Both the position numbers and the translations under genes were made by a program. Below are positions 48,847 through 63,139 of a DNA stretch of 64,000 bases, piece by piece (the first letter of the stretch is position 1; each line of letters starts with the position of its first letter). The notes beneath the pieces are model-generated. The model did no database searches. It had not been told where the DNA came from and was given only the letters and a program-made list of their open reading frames with translations. The DNA is from Felis catus (taxonomy: Eukaryota), in contig NC_058368.1 of assembly GCF_018350175.1 (NCBI RefSeq), forward strand, positions 19,222,001-19,286,000, read 5' to 3'.

Positions 48847-50700
48847 TTAATGATATCCCTCACTGTGTAGAAGCTTTTTAGTTTGATGTAGTCACACTTA
48901 TTTATTTTTGTTTTTGTTGCCACTGCCTTTGGAGTCAGATGCAAAAAAAAAAAAAAAATGTTGCCAAGACCAATGTCAAGGAGCTTAATGTCTTTGTTTC
49001 CTTCAAGGAGTTTTGTAGTTTATGTTCTTATTTTAAGTCTTTAATCAATTTTGAGTTAATTTTTATGTGTAATGTGGGATAGCCTTTTAGTTTCATTCTT
49101 TTGCATGTAGCTGTCCAGTTTTCCCAACACCATTAATTGAAGAAATTGCCCTTTCTCCATTGCATATTCTTGCCTTTTTTGCCATAAATTAATTGACCAT
49201 ATATGCATGGGTTTATTTCTGGGCTGTATTCCATTCTAATGGTCTATGTGTCTGTTTTCATGCCAATACTATATCGTTTTGAACACTACAGCTTTGTAGT
49301 ATAGTTTGAAATCAGGGAGCATGATATGTCCAGCTTTATTCTTATTTCCCAAGATTGTTTTGGCTATTGAGGTCCCATGCAAATTTTAGACTTATTTGTT
49401 CTACTTCTGTTAAAAAAAAATGCCATTGGAATTTTTACAGGGTTTGCATTGGGTAGTATGGACCTTTTAACAATATTAATTCTTTCCACCTATGAGCATG
49501 GAATATCTTTCCATTTATTTGTGCCTTCTTCAATTTCTTTCATCGACGTCTTAGAGTTTTCAGTGTACAGGTCTTTTACTTCTCTGTCTAATTGTATCTA
49601 AGTGCTTATTCTTTCTGATGCTACTGGAAGCAAGATTGTTTTCTTAATTTCTCTTCCTGATAGTTTATTATTAGTGTATAGAAACAACCAATTTTTGTAT
49701 ATTTATTTTGTGTCCTGCAACTTCTACTGAATTCATTTATTATTCTAACAAATTTTTGGTGAAGTTTTTAGAATTTGTCATCTGCAAATAGTGGCAGTTT
49801 TACTTCTTCCTTTCCTATTTGGATGCCTTTTATTTCTTCTTGCCTAATTCTCTGGCTAGGATTTCCAAAGCTATGTTGAATAAAAGTGGTGAGAATGAGC
49901 ATCCATGTCTTCTTCCTCATCTTAGAGGAAAAACTTTCAGCTTTTCACTGTTGGTATGATGTTTGCTGTGGGTTTGTCATATACGACCTCTATTATGCTG
50001 AGGTATGTTCCCTCTATATTCACCTTGTTGAGAGTTTTTATTATAATGTTAAATTTTGTCAAAAAATTGCATATATTGAGATGATCATATGCTTTTTATC
50101 CTTCATTTTGTTAATGTAGTGTATCACATTGATTGATTTGCAAATGGTGAACCATCTCTGCATTCCTAGAGTAAATCTCACTTGACCATGATGTATGATC
50201 CTTTTAATGTATTGGGGAATTAGGTATGCTAATAATTTGTTGAGGATGTTTACATCTATATTCATCAGGAATATTGACCTGTAATTTTATTTTCTTGTAG
50301 TGTCCTTGTTTGGGTATCAAGGTAATGCTGGTCTCATAAAATGAGTATAGAACCATTCCATCCTCTTCAATTTTTTGGAAAATTTTGAAGATAGCTATTA
50401 AATCTTTCTGAATATTTGATAGTATTCATAAGTGAAGCTATCTATTCCTGAGCTGTTGTTTGTTGGGAGGTTTTTGTTTATTGATTCAATCCCTTTGCTA
50501 GTAATTAACCTATTCATATTTTTTATTTCTTCATGATTCAGTCTTCATGATTCAGATTGTATGTTTCTAGGCATTTATTCAGTTCTTCTAAGTTGTCCAG
50601 TGTGTTGGCATATAACTGTTCAAGTAGTGCATCATTCTCTGTTGTATTTCTGTGGTATCAATTGTAACTCCTCTTTATTCTCTGACTTATTTGAGCCTTT
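47865..50700 (-). mobile_element. L1 (ORF2 3' half and 3'UTR), older carnivore/L1MA type
   Basis: [19 protein letters not shown] and [11 protein letters not shown] peptides on the minus strand. Confidence 0.92.
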
Positions 50701-50704
50701 ATTT

Positions 50705-52925
50705 TCTTCTGAGATTTTATTTAAATTCAAATTGGTTAATATATAGTGTAGTATTGGTTTCAGGAGTAGAACTAGTGATTCATTGCTTACATATAACACC
50801 CAGTGCTCATCCCAACAAGTGCCCTCAATGTCCATCACCCATTTTCCCCGCCCTCCCAACCCCCCACCTCCATCAACCCTCAGTTTGTTCTCTGTATTTA
50901 AGAGTCTCTTATGGTTTGCCTCTCTCTCTGTTCGTATCTTATTTTATTTTTCCTTCCCTTCCCCTATGTTCATTTGTTTTGTTTCTTAACAATCAGACAA
51001 AAATAAAAAATAAAAGACATCCAAATCAGCAAGGAAGAAGTCAAACTTTCATTCTTCATGGATGATACTCTACATGGAAAACCTTGAAGTCTCCACCAAC
51101 AATGTGCTAGAACTGATACATGAATTCAGCAAAGTTGCAAGATGTAAAATCAACATACAGACATCTGTTGCATTTCTATATGCCAATAATGAAGCAGCAG
51201 AAAGAGAATCAAGGAATCAATCCTATTTACAATTGCACCAAAAACATATCTAGGAATAAACCTAACCAAAGAGGTAAAAGATCTGTACTCCAAGAACTAT
51301 AAATACTTATGAAAGAAATTGAAGAAGACACAAAGAAATGGTAAAACATTCCATGCTCGTGGATTGGAAGAACAAACATTGTTAAACTGTCTATACTACC
51401 CAAAGCAATCTACACATTCAATGCAATCCCTATTAAAATACTACCAGAATTTTTTCACAGAGATAGAACAAATACTCCCAAAATGTGTATGGAACCAGAA
51501 AAGATCCCGAATAGCCAAAGTAATGTTGAAAACGAAAAACAAAGTGGAAGGCATCACAACTGCACACTTTGAGCTGTATTAGGAAGCTATAATAATCAAG
51601 ACAAGATGGTACTACCACAGAAACAGACACAGAGATCAATAGAACAGAATAGAGAACCCAGAAGTGGACCCACAACTGTATGGTGAACTCAATTTTGACA
51701 AAGCATGAAAGACTATCCAATGGAAAAAAGACAGTTTCTTCAACAAATGGTGTTGGGAAAACTGGACAGCGACATGCAGAAGAATGAAACCAGACCCCTT
51801 TCGTACACCATACACAAAAATAAATTCAAAATGGATGAAAGACCTAAATGTGAGACAGGAAAGCTTCAAAGTCCTAGAGAACAACACAGGCAGCAACCTC
51901 TTTGAGCGCAGCCACACTAACCTCTTACTAGACACATTTCCAGATGCAAGGGAAATAAAAGCAAAAATGAACAATTGGGACCTCATCAAGATAAAAAGCT
52001 TCTCCACAGCAAAGGAAACAATCGACAAAACTAAAAGGTAGCCTACAGAATGAAAGAAGATATTTACAAATGGCATATCTGATAAAAGGCTAGTATCCAA
52101 AATCTATAAAACACTCATGAAACTCAACACCCAAAAAATAAACAATCCAGTTAAGAAATGGGCAGAAGACATGAATAGATACTTTTCCAAAGAAGACATC
52201 CAGATGGCAAACAGATTCATGAAAAGATGCTCAACATCACTCATTATCAGAGAAATACAAATCAAAACCACAATAAGATGCCACCTCACACCTGTCAGAA
52301 TGGATACAATTAACAACTCAGGAAACAACAGATATTGGCAAGGATGTGGAGAAAGGGGAACCCTCTTACACAGTTGGCAGGAATGCAAACTGGTGCAGTC
52401 ACTTTGGAAAACAGTGTGGAGGTTCCTCAAAAACTTAAAGATGGAGGGGCTCCTGGGTGGCTCAGTTGGTTAAATGTAGGATTCTTGGTTTCAGCCCAGG
52501 TGATGATCTCACAGTTTCTGAGTTTGAGCCCCCACTCAGGCTCTATGCTGACAGTGCAGCACCTGCTTGGGATTCTCTTTCTCTCCCTCTCTCTGCCCTT
52601 CTCCTGCTCATGCCATCTCTGTCTCTCTCAAAATAAATAATTGAACTTAAAAAAAAAAGTTAAAGATAGAAATACCTACGATCCATTATTTGTACCACTA
52701 CGTATTTATCCAAAGGATAAAAAATACTGATTCGAACAGGGCACATGCACCCCAATGTTTATAGCAGCACTGTCAACAATAGTCACATTATGGAAAGAGC
52801 CCAAGTGTCTATTGACTGATGAATGGATAAAAAAGATGTGGTATATATCTACATATAGATATATACACACACATATCCATACAATTGAATATTACTCAAG
52901 CCATCAAAAAGAATGAAATCTTTTC
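50705..52925 (-). mobile_element. Felid L1 with 5' inversion (3'UTR on -, 50705-50987; ORF2 segment on +, 50990-52925); SINE at 52446-52658
   Basis: Orientation switch at ~50988; the + segment ends just upstream, in L1 coordinates, of where the - segment starts. Confidence 0.8.
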
Positions 52926-52929
52926 ACAT

Positions 52930-53840
52930 TCTGAAAACTCTACATTTCTTCCTATTTTATGTTTTGATGTCACATTTTACATCTTTTTATTTTGCGTATC
53001 CCTTAAGTAATTATTGTAGTTATAGTTAGTTTTACTGCTCTTGTCTTTTAATTTTTATACTAGCTTTATAAGTGGTTAATTCACTAACCTTGCTATATTT
53101 TTGCGTTTACCAGTGAGATTTCTACTTTCATATGTTTTCTTGTTACTTAGTGCACTTTATTTTCTGCTAAAGAAGACAATTTAACATTTTTTGTAAGACC
53201 AGTTTAGTGGAGATGACTTTTTGCTTTCACTTGTCTGCAAAACTCTTTACCTCATATTCAATTCTGAACAATAACCTTGCCAGGTAAAGTATTCTTGGTT
53301 GTAAATTTTTTTTGCTTTTAGCACTTTGAATATATTGTGCCACTCTATTCTGGCCTGAGAAACTTCTGATGAAATATCAGCTGGTTATCTTATACATAAT
53401 AAGTTGTTATTCTCTTGCCATTTAAAAAATTATTTCTTTAAATTTAATATTTTAATTATAATGCGCCTGGTGTGGATCTCTTTGGGTTCGTCTTATTTGG
53501 AATTTTGTACATCTTGCACATGAATACCTGTTTCCTTCCACAAGTTAGGGAACATTTCAACCACTATTTCTTCAAGTAAATTTTCTGCTCCTTTCTTCCT
53601 CCCTTCTCCCTCTAAGAGCCTTTATTGCAAATGCTATTCTCCTTGATGTTGTCTCACATTTTCCTTAAGTTATATTCACATTTTAAATTTCCTTTTTCTT
53701 TTTGTTGCTCTTTTTTGGATGTTCCACTGACCTATCTTCCAGTCACTGATTTGTTCTACTTCATTAGTCTGCTGTTAAACCCCTCTAGTGCATTTTTCAG
53801 TTCAGTTATTGTACTTTTTAGCTCTATGAATCGTCTAGTA
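52930..53840 (-). mobile_element. Old L1 ORF1/spacer remnant
   Basis: aaccttgccaggtaaagtattcttggttg...cactttgaatatattgtgccactc resembles antisense ORF1. Confidence 0.75.
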
Positions 53841-53857
53841 TCTTCACTTAAAAAAAA

Positions 53858-56060
53858 TCAAGTATAATTAACTTACAGTGTTATAGTACTTTCAGGTATA
53901 CATTCAATTTGATGATTCAACAATTCTGTACATTGCTCAATGCTCATCAGGATAAGTGTACTTTAATGCCCTTTATTATTTCACCAGTTTCCCCACCCAC
54001 CTCTCTCTGGCAACCACCAGTTTGCTCTCTGTATTTAATAATATGCTTTTCTGTTTGTCTCTTTTTCTCTTTGCTCATTTATTTTTTCTTAAATTCCACA
54101 TATGAGTGAAATCATATGGTTATTTGTTTTTCTCTGAATGACTCAATTCACTTAGCATTATAATCTCCAGGTCCATCCATATAGCTGTAAATGACAAGAT
54201 TTCATTTTTTAAATAGCTGAATAATATTCCATTGTATATATATGCCACCTATTCTTTAGCCATTCATCTTTAATGGATACGTGGGTTGTTTCCATATTTC
54301 GGTATTGTAAATAATGCTACAATAAACATAGGGGTGCAGATATCTTTTAAAATTAGTGTTTGTGTTTTCTTTGGGTAAGTACCCAGTTGTGGAATTACTG
54401 GATCATATGGTAAAACTATTTTTAATTTTTTGAGAGACCTCTAGACTGTTTTCCACAGTGGCTTCACCAATTTGCATTATGACTAGCAGTGCATGAAGGT
54501 TTTTTTTTTCCCTCCACATCCTCACCAACACTTGTTATCTCTTGTCTTCTTGATTTTAGACATTCTGACAAGTGTAAAGGAATATCTCATTGCTTTCATT
54601 ACGTTTCCCTCACGATTAGTGATGAAGAGTATCTTTTTGTGTGTCTGTTGGCCATCTGTATGTATTCTTTGGGAAAATGTCTATTCAGGTCCTCTTCCCA
54701 TTTTTCATTGGATTATTATGGGTGGAGAAGGGTTAGTGTTGATTTGTAGAAGTTCTTTATATATTTGGAATATTAACCCCCTATCAGATATGTCTTTGCA
54801 GATATCTTCTCTAATTTAGTAGGTTGCCTTTTTGTTTTGTTGATGGTTTCCTTCACTGTGCAAAATGTTTCGGTGTACTCCCAAGAGTTTAATTTTGCTT
54901 TTGTTTCCCTTGCCAGAGATGTATCTAGTAAAATGTTTCTCCAACCAATGTCAAAGAAATTACTGCCTGTGTTTTCATCTAGGAATTTTATGGTTTCAGG
55001 TCTCACATTAGGTCTTCAGTCCATTGTGATTTTATTTGTGTGTAAGGTAAGAAAGTGGTCTAATGCCATTCTTTTGCATGTACCTGTCCATTTTTCCCAG
55101 CATTTGTTGAAAAGACTATCTTTTTCCCATTGGATATTCATGCCTCCTTTATTGTAGACTAATTGACCATACAAGTATAGGTTTATTCCTGAACTCTTTA
55201 TTTTGTTCCATTGATCTATGTGTTCATTTTTGTTCCTATACCATACAATTTTGATTAGTGCGACTTTGAGGTATGTCTCAAATTCTGGGATAGTGATAAC
55301 TCCAGCTTTATTCTTCTTTCTCCAGATTGCTTTGGCTATTTGAAGTCTTTTGTGGTTCCATACAAATTTTAGGAATATCTGTTCTAGTTCTGTGAAAACT
55401 GCTGTTGGGTATTGCATTTAATCTGTTGATTGGGATACTATGGACTTTTTCACAAGATTAGTTCTTCCAATTCGTGAGCATGTTATATCTTCCCATCTGT
55501 GTGATCTTCAATTTCTCTGATCAGTGTTTTATAGTTTTTGAGTAGAAGTCTTTCACCTCTTTGGATAAGTTTAGTCTTTTGTAGCTTTTATTTTTGGTAC
55601 AATTGTAAATGGGACTATTTTCTTAATTTCTCTGATACTTCATCATTTTTATGTATTTTTATTAAACAAAATAAATATTTTTATTAAAATACATATTAAA
55701 ATATTTAATTATTAAAAATTATTTATTATTAAAAATAAATGTTTTTATTAAAATGTTTTTATTTATTAGTTTTTATTATTGTGCAGAAGTAAGACAGATT
55801 CCTGTATATTAATTTTGTAGCCTGCAACATTGCTGAATTTATTTATCAGTTCTAATAATTTTTTTAAGTAGGCTTCATTCCCAGCATGGGGTTTGAACTC
55901 ACAACCCTGAGATTAAGAGTTTGCATGCTCTATCAAATGAGCCAGCCAGGCCTCCCCAGTTCTAGTAATTTTTTGGAGGGGCCCTAGGGGATTTATATGT
56001 ATAATATTATGGCCTCTGCAGATAGTGAAAGTTTTACTTCTGCCTTGAAAATTTGGATCC
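53858..56060 (-). mobile_element. Carnivore L1 3' part, continued at 63140-64000; short SINE at 55860-55957
   Basis: 3'UTR and ORF2 peptides ([17 protein letters not shown]). Confidence 0.9.
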
Positions 56061-59000
56061 CAAGGGTGAGTCAAGGTGGCAGAGAAGTAGGGGGATCAGA
56101 ATTTCCCTCCTCCCTCAAATGCAGCAGTATTGAGGTCAGAACACTTGGAATACCAGGAATCCCAGATAGAGGGTGACAGAAAAATATCCACAGATGGAAA
56201 AAATTTGGCGGGACAGAGGTGTGTGTGTTTGCAGACTGGGAGAGATAAAACGGGTGGCATAGGCACTGGAGGGGGATCTTTTTTGGTGGAGAAGCAAAGG
56301 GAAAAGAGAGGCTGTGGAAGTGTGGGATTGTAGTTGGACGAGAGAAAAACCTCTCTAGACTATGGATTGGGGGGAAAAATATGGACAGAGCCAGTTCCTA
56401 CTTTGCAAATAGCCTTAGGAGTGAAGATCGGAGTTTTCAGGTTTGCACAACTTTCTCCCACCAGAGCAGCTGGCCATGTGCATGTCCCTGGGGGAAGGGG
56501 AGCCAGCCCGGGGCTCAGTATCAATTTCCTGCAGTGCACTGGGAAACAGCAGTCCCCTCCCTTGAATACTGTGGGAAGAGGATATATTGCCCCTCCAAGG
56601 ACAAAAGACTTGCAGGCGCCAGCCAGAGGCCCTTTGTCACCTGGGCAGAGTGGCATTATTCCAGAATTGGGTCCATAGGGAACAGGATTCTTTAAGACAT
56701 CGGGTTTTAAATCCCAGCTGAGCACCTAAGAGGTGTGGGAGACTGGAACAGGACAAGTCAGCCGGTCAGTGTTACTCAGTGAGGACTGCCTGGACTGCAT
56801 GATTTGAGACACCAGGTGGGGAGAGGAGAGATTGGGGTGTCACCATTGTTCTCCCCATCACCAGCACAGTGGGACTTCAGAGAACAGGACAGAAGCCCCC
56901 AGTGGAGGCAGGACTGCTTACACCAAACCCAGCCCCTCCCGTGCCTTGTAAATGCTTATGTATGAGAGTGAGATTGACACTGACAACCAGATGGCCTCTC
57001 CTCCAGAACAGCACAGCCACAGGTCCCAAGCACCAAGAGACAACTGTCCTGCAGTTTTGCATGTTAGTCTGGGGTTTTTTGTTTGTTTGTTTCCTCTTGT
57101 CTTTCTTTCCTGTTCTGGATGTTTCTTTGTTTAATCAAGCATTTTTACTCTATTCTTTTTATACCTTTCCTGTATCTCCTTTATTTTCCTTTCTCTCCCT
57201 CTCTCTAGATTAAGCCTTACAGTTTCTTTGATTCTCTGCCTGGTCTCATTTTTTTCTGCCCTTGTCATTTCTGTCTTTGTATAGGATAAGGCTTCTTCCC
57301 TCCCCTCACCCCTGTTTTTTTCCAGGGTTACTTCAATGAACAAATCAAAACACACCTGGTCCAATCCAACACTACAACCAGTGAGATAAAGCAACCAAAG
57401 ACACAACAGTGTACCAACACACTCCAAAAACACTTCTTGAATTGCCAGGTCCTGGACAGTGTATGATCCCCTTTTAATATAGTAGTACTCTCAGGTTCAG
57501 GACACATAACAAGCTATTAAAATACATAAAAGACAGAAAACTAGCCAAAGTGTTCAAAAGGAAGAATTCTGCTCAAAAGAAATTCTAGGAAGAAATAATA
57601 GCCAGCAAATTGCTCAAAACAGATATAAACAATATATCTGATCATGAATTTAGAATAATAGTCATAAGACTAATAGCTGGGCTTGAAAAAAGCATAGAAT
57701 ATGGCAGAGAATCTATTGCTGCATAGATCAAGGACCTAAGAAATAGTCACGACAAATTAAGAAATGCTGTAATTGAGATGCAAATGCACAATAAGCTAGA
57801 TGCAGTGACAGCAAGGATGGAAGAAGCAGAGGTGAGAATAGGTGAAATAGAAGATAAAATTATGGAAAATGATGAAGCTGAGAAAAAGAGGGATAGGAAA
57901 TTACTAGACCACAAGGGGAGAATTAGAGACCTATGTGATTCAACAAAATGAAGTAATGTCCATATCATAGGAGTTCCAGAAGAATAAGAGAGAAAGGAGC
58001 AGAAGGCTTATTTGAATAATTTACAGCTGAGAACTTCCCTGATCTGGGGAAGGAAGCAGACATCCAAGTCCAGGATGCACAGTGAACTCCCTTCCAAATC
58101 AACAAAAACAGGTAACACCAAGACATATCATAGTGAAACTGGCAAAATACAAAGATAAAGAGAGAATTCTGAAAGCAGCTTGGGACAAATGGGCTTTAAC
58201 CTACAAGGGTAAATACAGAAGGGTTGTAGCAGACCTGTCCACTGAAACTTGGCAGGCCAGAAGGAAATATTCAATGTGCTGAATAGGAAAAATACACAGC
58301 CAAGAATCTATCCAGCAAGACTGTCATTCAGAATAAAGTCTTTCCCAGACAAACAAAAAACTAAAGGAGTTCATGACTACTAAACCAACCCTGCAAGAGA
58401 TCCTAAAGGGGACTCTGTGAGTGGTAAGCAGCAAAGACTAAAAAGTACCAGAGACATCACCACAACCATGAAACCTACAGATAACACAATGACACTAAAT
58501 TCATATCTTTCAATAATAACTCTGAATGTAAATGGACTAAATGCCCCAATCAAAAGATACAGGATATCAGGTTGGATAAAAAAAAAACAAAAAACAAAAA
58601 CAAGATCCATATATATACTGCCTACAAGAGACTCATTTTAGACCTAAAAACATCTGCAGATTGAAAGTGAGGAGATAGAAAACCATCTATCATGCTACTA
58701 GATGTCAAAAGAAAGCTGGAGTAGCCATACTTATATCAGACAGACTAGATTTTAAACCAAAACTGTAACAAGAGATGAAGAAGGGCATTATATCAAAATT
58801 AAGGGGTCAATCCATCAAGAAGAGGTAATAATTGTAAATATTTATGCCCCAAATGTGAGAAACCCAAATATATTAATCAATTAATCACAAACATAAGCAA
58901 ACTTATTGATAATTATACTGTATAATTCTACTGTAATTGTAAGTGACTTTAATACTCCACTTAAAGCAATGGAAAGATCATCTACACAGAAAATCAATAA

Positions 59001-61452
59001 GGAAACAATGGCCTTGAATGATACACTGAACCAGATGGACTTGACAGGTATATTCAGAACTTTTCATCCCAAAGCAGCAGAATACACATTCTTCTCGAGT
59101 GCACATGGAACTTTCTCCAAAATAGATCATATATGGGGTCACATAGCAGCCCTCAACAAATATAAAAGAATTGAGTTCATACTATGCATATTTTCAGATC
59201 ACAATGTTATAAAACTTGAAATCAACCAAAAGAAAAAATTTAGAAAGCCTCCAAATACATGGACGTTAAAGAACATTCTACTAAAGAATAAATGGGTCAA
59301 CCAGGAAATTAAATAAATAAAAAAAATATATGGAAGCAAATGAAAATGAAAACATGGCAGTCCAAACCCTTTGGGATGCAACAAAGGCAGTCCTAAGAGG
59401 AAAATACATTGCAATCCCAGCCTATCTCATGAAACAAGAAAGATCCCAACAACAGAACCTAATCTCACACCTAAAGGAACTAGAAACAGAGCAGCAAAGA
59501 AAGCCCAAAGCCAGCAGAAGATGAGAAATAATAAAAATTAGAACAGAAATAAACAATATAGAATACCCAAAAAACAGTGGAACAGATCAATGAATCTAAG
59601 AGCTGGTTTCTTGAAAGAATAAACAAAATTGATAACCCCCTAGCCAGACTTCTTAAAAAGAAAAGAGAGAGGACCCAAATAGATAAAATCATGAATGAAA
59701 GAGGAGAGATCACAACCAATACCACAGAAATACAAACAATTATCAGAGAATACAATGAAAAATTATACTCCAAAAAACTGGACAATCTAGAAGAAATGGA
59801 CAAATTCTTATATACCCACACACTACCAACCCAAATGGGAAGAAGTAGAAAATTTGAACAGACCAATAACCAGCAAAGAAATGGAATCAGTAATCAAAAA
59901 TCTCCCAACAAATAAGAGTCCTGGGTCAGATAGCTTCCCAGGAGGATTCTATCAGATATTTAAAGCAGAGTTAATACCTATCCTTCTCAAGCTGTTCAAA
60001 ATAGAAATGGAAGGAAAGCTTCCAGACTCATTCTATGAAGCCAGCATTAACTTGATTCCCAAACCAGAGACCCCACTAAAAACAGGCCAATATCCCTGAT
60101 GAATATAGATGCAAAATTCTCAACAAGATACTAGCAAATCAAATTCAACAGTATATTAAAAGAATTATTCACCATGATCAAGTGAGATTCATTCCTGCAG
60201 GGCTGGTTCAATATTTCTTCAAATCAATCAATGTGATCATCACATTAATAGAAGAAAAGATAAGAACCATATGATCCTGTCAATAGATGCAGAGAAAGCA
60301 TTTGACAAAATACAACACTGTTTCATAATAAAAACCCTCAAGAAAGTTGGGATGGAAGGAACATACTTTAATATCATAAAAGCCATATATGAAAGGCCCA
60401 CAGCTAATATCATCCTCAATGGGAAAAAACTGAGAGTTTCCCTCTGAGATCAGGAACATGACAGGGATGTCTACTTTCACCACTGTTGTTTAATATAGCA
60501 TTGGAAGTCCTAGCCTCAGCAATTAGACAATAAAACAAAAGGCATCCAAATTGGCAAAGAAGTAGTCAAACTTTCACTTTTCATGGATGACATTATACTG
60601 TAGATGGAAAACCCAAAAGACTCCACCAAAAGACTGCTAGAACTGATACATGAATTCAGCAAAGTTGCAGGATATAAAATCAATGTACAGAAATCGGTTG
60701 CATTTCTATACACCAATAATGAAGCAACAGAAAAAGAAATAAAGGAATAGATCCCATTTACAGTTCCACCAAGAACCATAAAATACCTAGGAATAAACCT
60801 AACCAAAGAGGTAAAAGATCTGTACACTGAAAACTATAGAAAGCTTATGAAAGAAATTGAAGAAGACACAAAGAAATGGAAAAACATTCCATGCTCATGG
60901 ATTGGAAGAACAAATATTGTTAAAATGTCAATTATTACCCAAAGCAATCTACACATTCAATGCAGTCCCAATCAAAATAGCACCAATACTCTTCACAGAG
61001 CTAGAACAAACAATCCTAAAATTTGTATTGAACCACAAAAAAACCCACATAGCCAAAGTAATGTTGAAAAAGAAACCCACAGCTGGAGGCATCATAATCC
61101 CAGACTTCAAGCTGTATTACAAAACTGTAATCATCAAGACAGTATGGTATTGGCACAAAAACAGACACATAGACCAATGGAATAGAATAGAGAACCCAGA
61201 AATGGACCCACAAATACATGTACAACTGATATTTGACAAAGCAGGAAACAGTATCCAATGGGGAAAAAAAGTCTTTTTAGCAAATTGTTCTTGGAGAACT
61301 GAACAGCAACATGCAGAAGAATCAAACTGGACCATTTTCTTACACCATACACAAAAATAAATTCAAAATGGATAAAAGACCTGAATGTGAGACAGGAAAC
61401 CATCAAAATCCTAGAGGAGAAAACCTCTTTGACCTCAGCCTCAGCAACTTCT

Positions 61453-61923
61453 CTTTTTAATTTTTTTTAAATGTTTATTTATTTTTGTTTTTTCAAAGTT
61501 TTTTTTTTTTTTAATTTATTTTTGGGACAGAGAGAGACAGAGCATGAACGGGGGAGGGCAGAGAGAGAGGGAGACACAGAATCAGAAACAGGCTCCAGGC
61601 TCCCAGCCATCAACCCAGAGCCTGACACGGGGCTCGAACTCACGGACCGCGAGATCGTGACCTGGCTGAAGTCGGACGCTTAACCGACTGCGCCACCCAG
61701 GCGCCCCTTAAATGTTTATTTATTTTTGAGAGAAAGACAGAGCACAACCTGGGAAGGGGCAAAGAGAGAGAGACAGAGACAGAGGGAGACACAGAATCTG
61801 AAACAAGCTCCAGGCTCTGAGCTGTCAGCACAGAGCCCAACGTGGGGCTAGAACCTATGAACCATGAGACCGTGAGCTGAGCCAAAGTTGGACACTTAAC
61901 CAACTGAGCCACCCAGGCACCCC
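61453..61923 (-). mobile_element. Nested SINE pair inside L1 ORF2 (young SINE 61488-61707 in the tail of an older SINE)
   Basis: Inner TSD ttaaatgtttatttatttttg at 61467-61487 and 61708-61728; outer cagcaacttct at 61442-61452 and 61929-61939. Confidence 0.93.
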
Positions 61924-62623
61924 TACTGCAGCAACTTCTTACTTGACATGTCTCTGAAAGGAAGGGAAATAAAGGCAAAAGTGAACTATTGGGACCTCAT
62001 CAAGATAAAAAGATTTTGCACAGCAAAGGGAATAATCAACAAAACTAAAAGGCAACCAACAGAATGGGAAAAGATTTGTAAATGACATATTGGATAAAGT
62101 GTTAGTATCCAAAATATAAAGAATTTACCAAACTGAACACCTGAAAAACAAATAATCCAGTGAAGAAATAGGCAGAAGGCATGATTAGACACTTTTCCAA
62201 AGAAGACATCTAGATGGCCAACAGACACCTGAAAAGATGCTCAACATCATTCATCATCAGGGAAATACAAATTGAAACCACATTGAGATATCACCTGACA
62301 CCAGTCAGAATGGCTAAAATGAACAACTCAGGAAACAACAGATGTTGGCAAGGATGTGGAAAAGGGGAACCCTCTTGCACTGTTGGTGGGAATGCAAACA
62401 AGTGCAGCCACTCTGGAAAACAGTACGGAGGTTCCTCAAAAAATTAAAAATTGAACTACCTTATGACCCAGCAATTGCACTACTAGGAATTTATCCAAAG
62501 GATATAGGAGTACTGAATCGTAGGGGCACATGTATCACAATGTTTATAGCAGTGTTATCGACAATATCCAGATTATGGAAAAAACCCAAATGCCCATCAA
62601 CTGATGAATGGATAAAGAAGATA

Positions 62624-62625
<2 letters not shown>

Positions 62626-62663
<38 letters not shown>

Positions 62664-62688
62664 CTTGTATATACACACACACACACAC
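62626..62688. repeat. (GT)n-spacer-(AC)n inverted microsatellite
   Basis: About 18 GT units, 10-nt spacer, about 8 AC units. Confidence 0.95.
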
Positions 62689-63139
62689 AATAGCATACTG
62701 CTCAGTGATGAAAAAGAATGAAATCTTAACATTTGCAACAACGTGGATGGAACTGGAGGGTATTATACTAAGTGAAATAAATCAGTCAGAAAAAAAGACA
62801 GATACCATATGTTTTCATTCATATGCGGAATTTGAAAAACTTAACAGAATACCATAGGGAAAGGGAAGGAAAAATGTTATAAACAGAGAGGGAGGCAAAC
62901 CATAAGAGACTCTTAAATACAGAGAACAAACTGAGGGTTGATGGAGGTGGGGGGATGGGAGGGCAGAGAAAATGGGTGATGGACATTGAGGAGGGTACTT
63001 GTTGGGATGAGCACTGGGTGTTGTATGTAAGTGATGAATCACGGGAATCCACTCCCAAACCAAGACTACGCTGTATACACTGTATGTTAGCTAAATTGAC
63101 AATCAATTATTTAAAAAAAGAAGAAAAGAAATACAAGAG

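Larger units (their letters stand above)
56063..63130 (+). mobile_element. Decayed full-length L1 (5'UTR ~56063-57545, ORF1 ~57550-58420, ORF2 58489-~62830, 3'UTR and poly(A))
   Basis: L1-like start tcaaggtggcagagaag; ORF1 TPRHIIVKLAKYKDKERILKAA; ORF2 start MTLNSYLSIITLNVNGLNAPIKR; RT FMDDIIL followed by a stop; many stops and frameshifts, so inactive. Confidence 0.95.

Noticed and set aside
50529..50555. cttcatgattcag tandem duplication
   Set aside because: Trivial local slippage within a dead L1.
56063..63130. Active L1
   Set aside because: ORF1 start is degraded, there are many stops and frameshifts, SINEs interrupt ORF2 and the 5'UTR is CpG-depleted.
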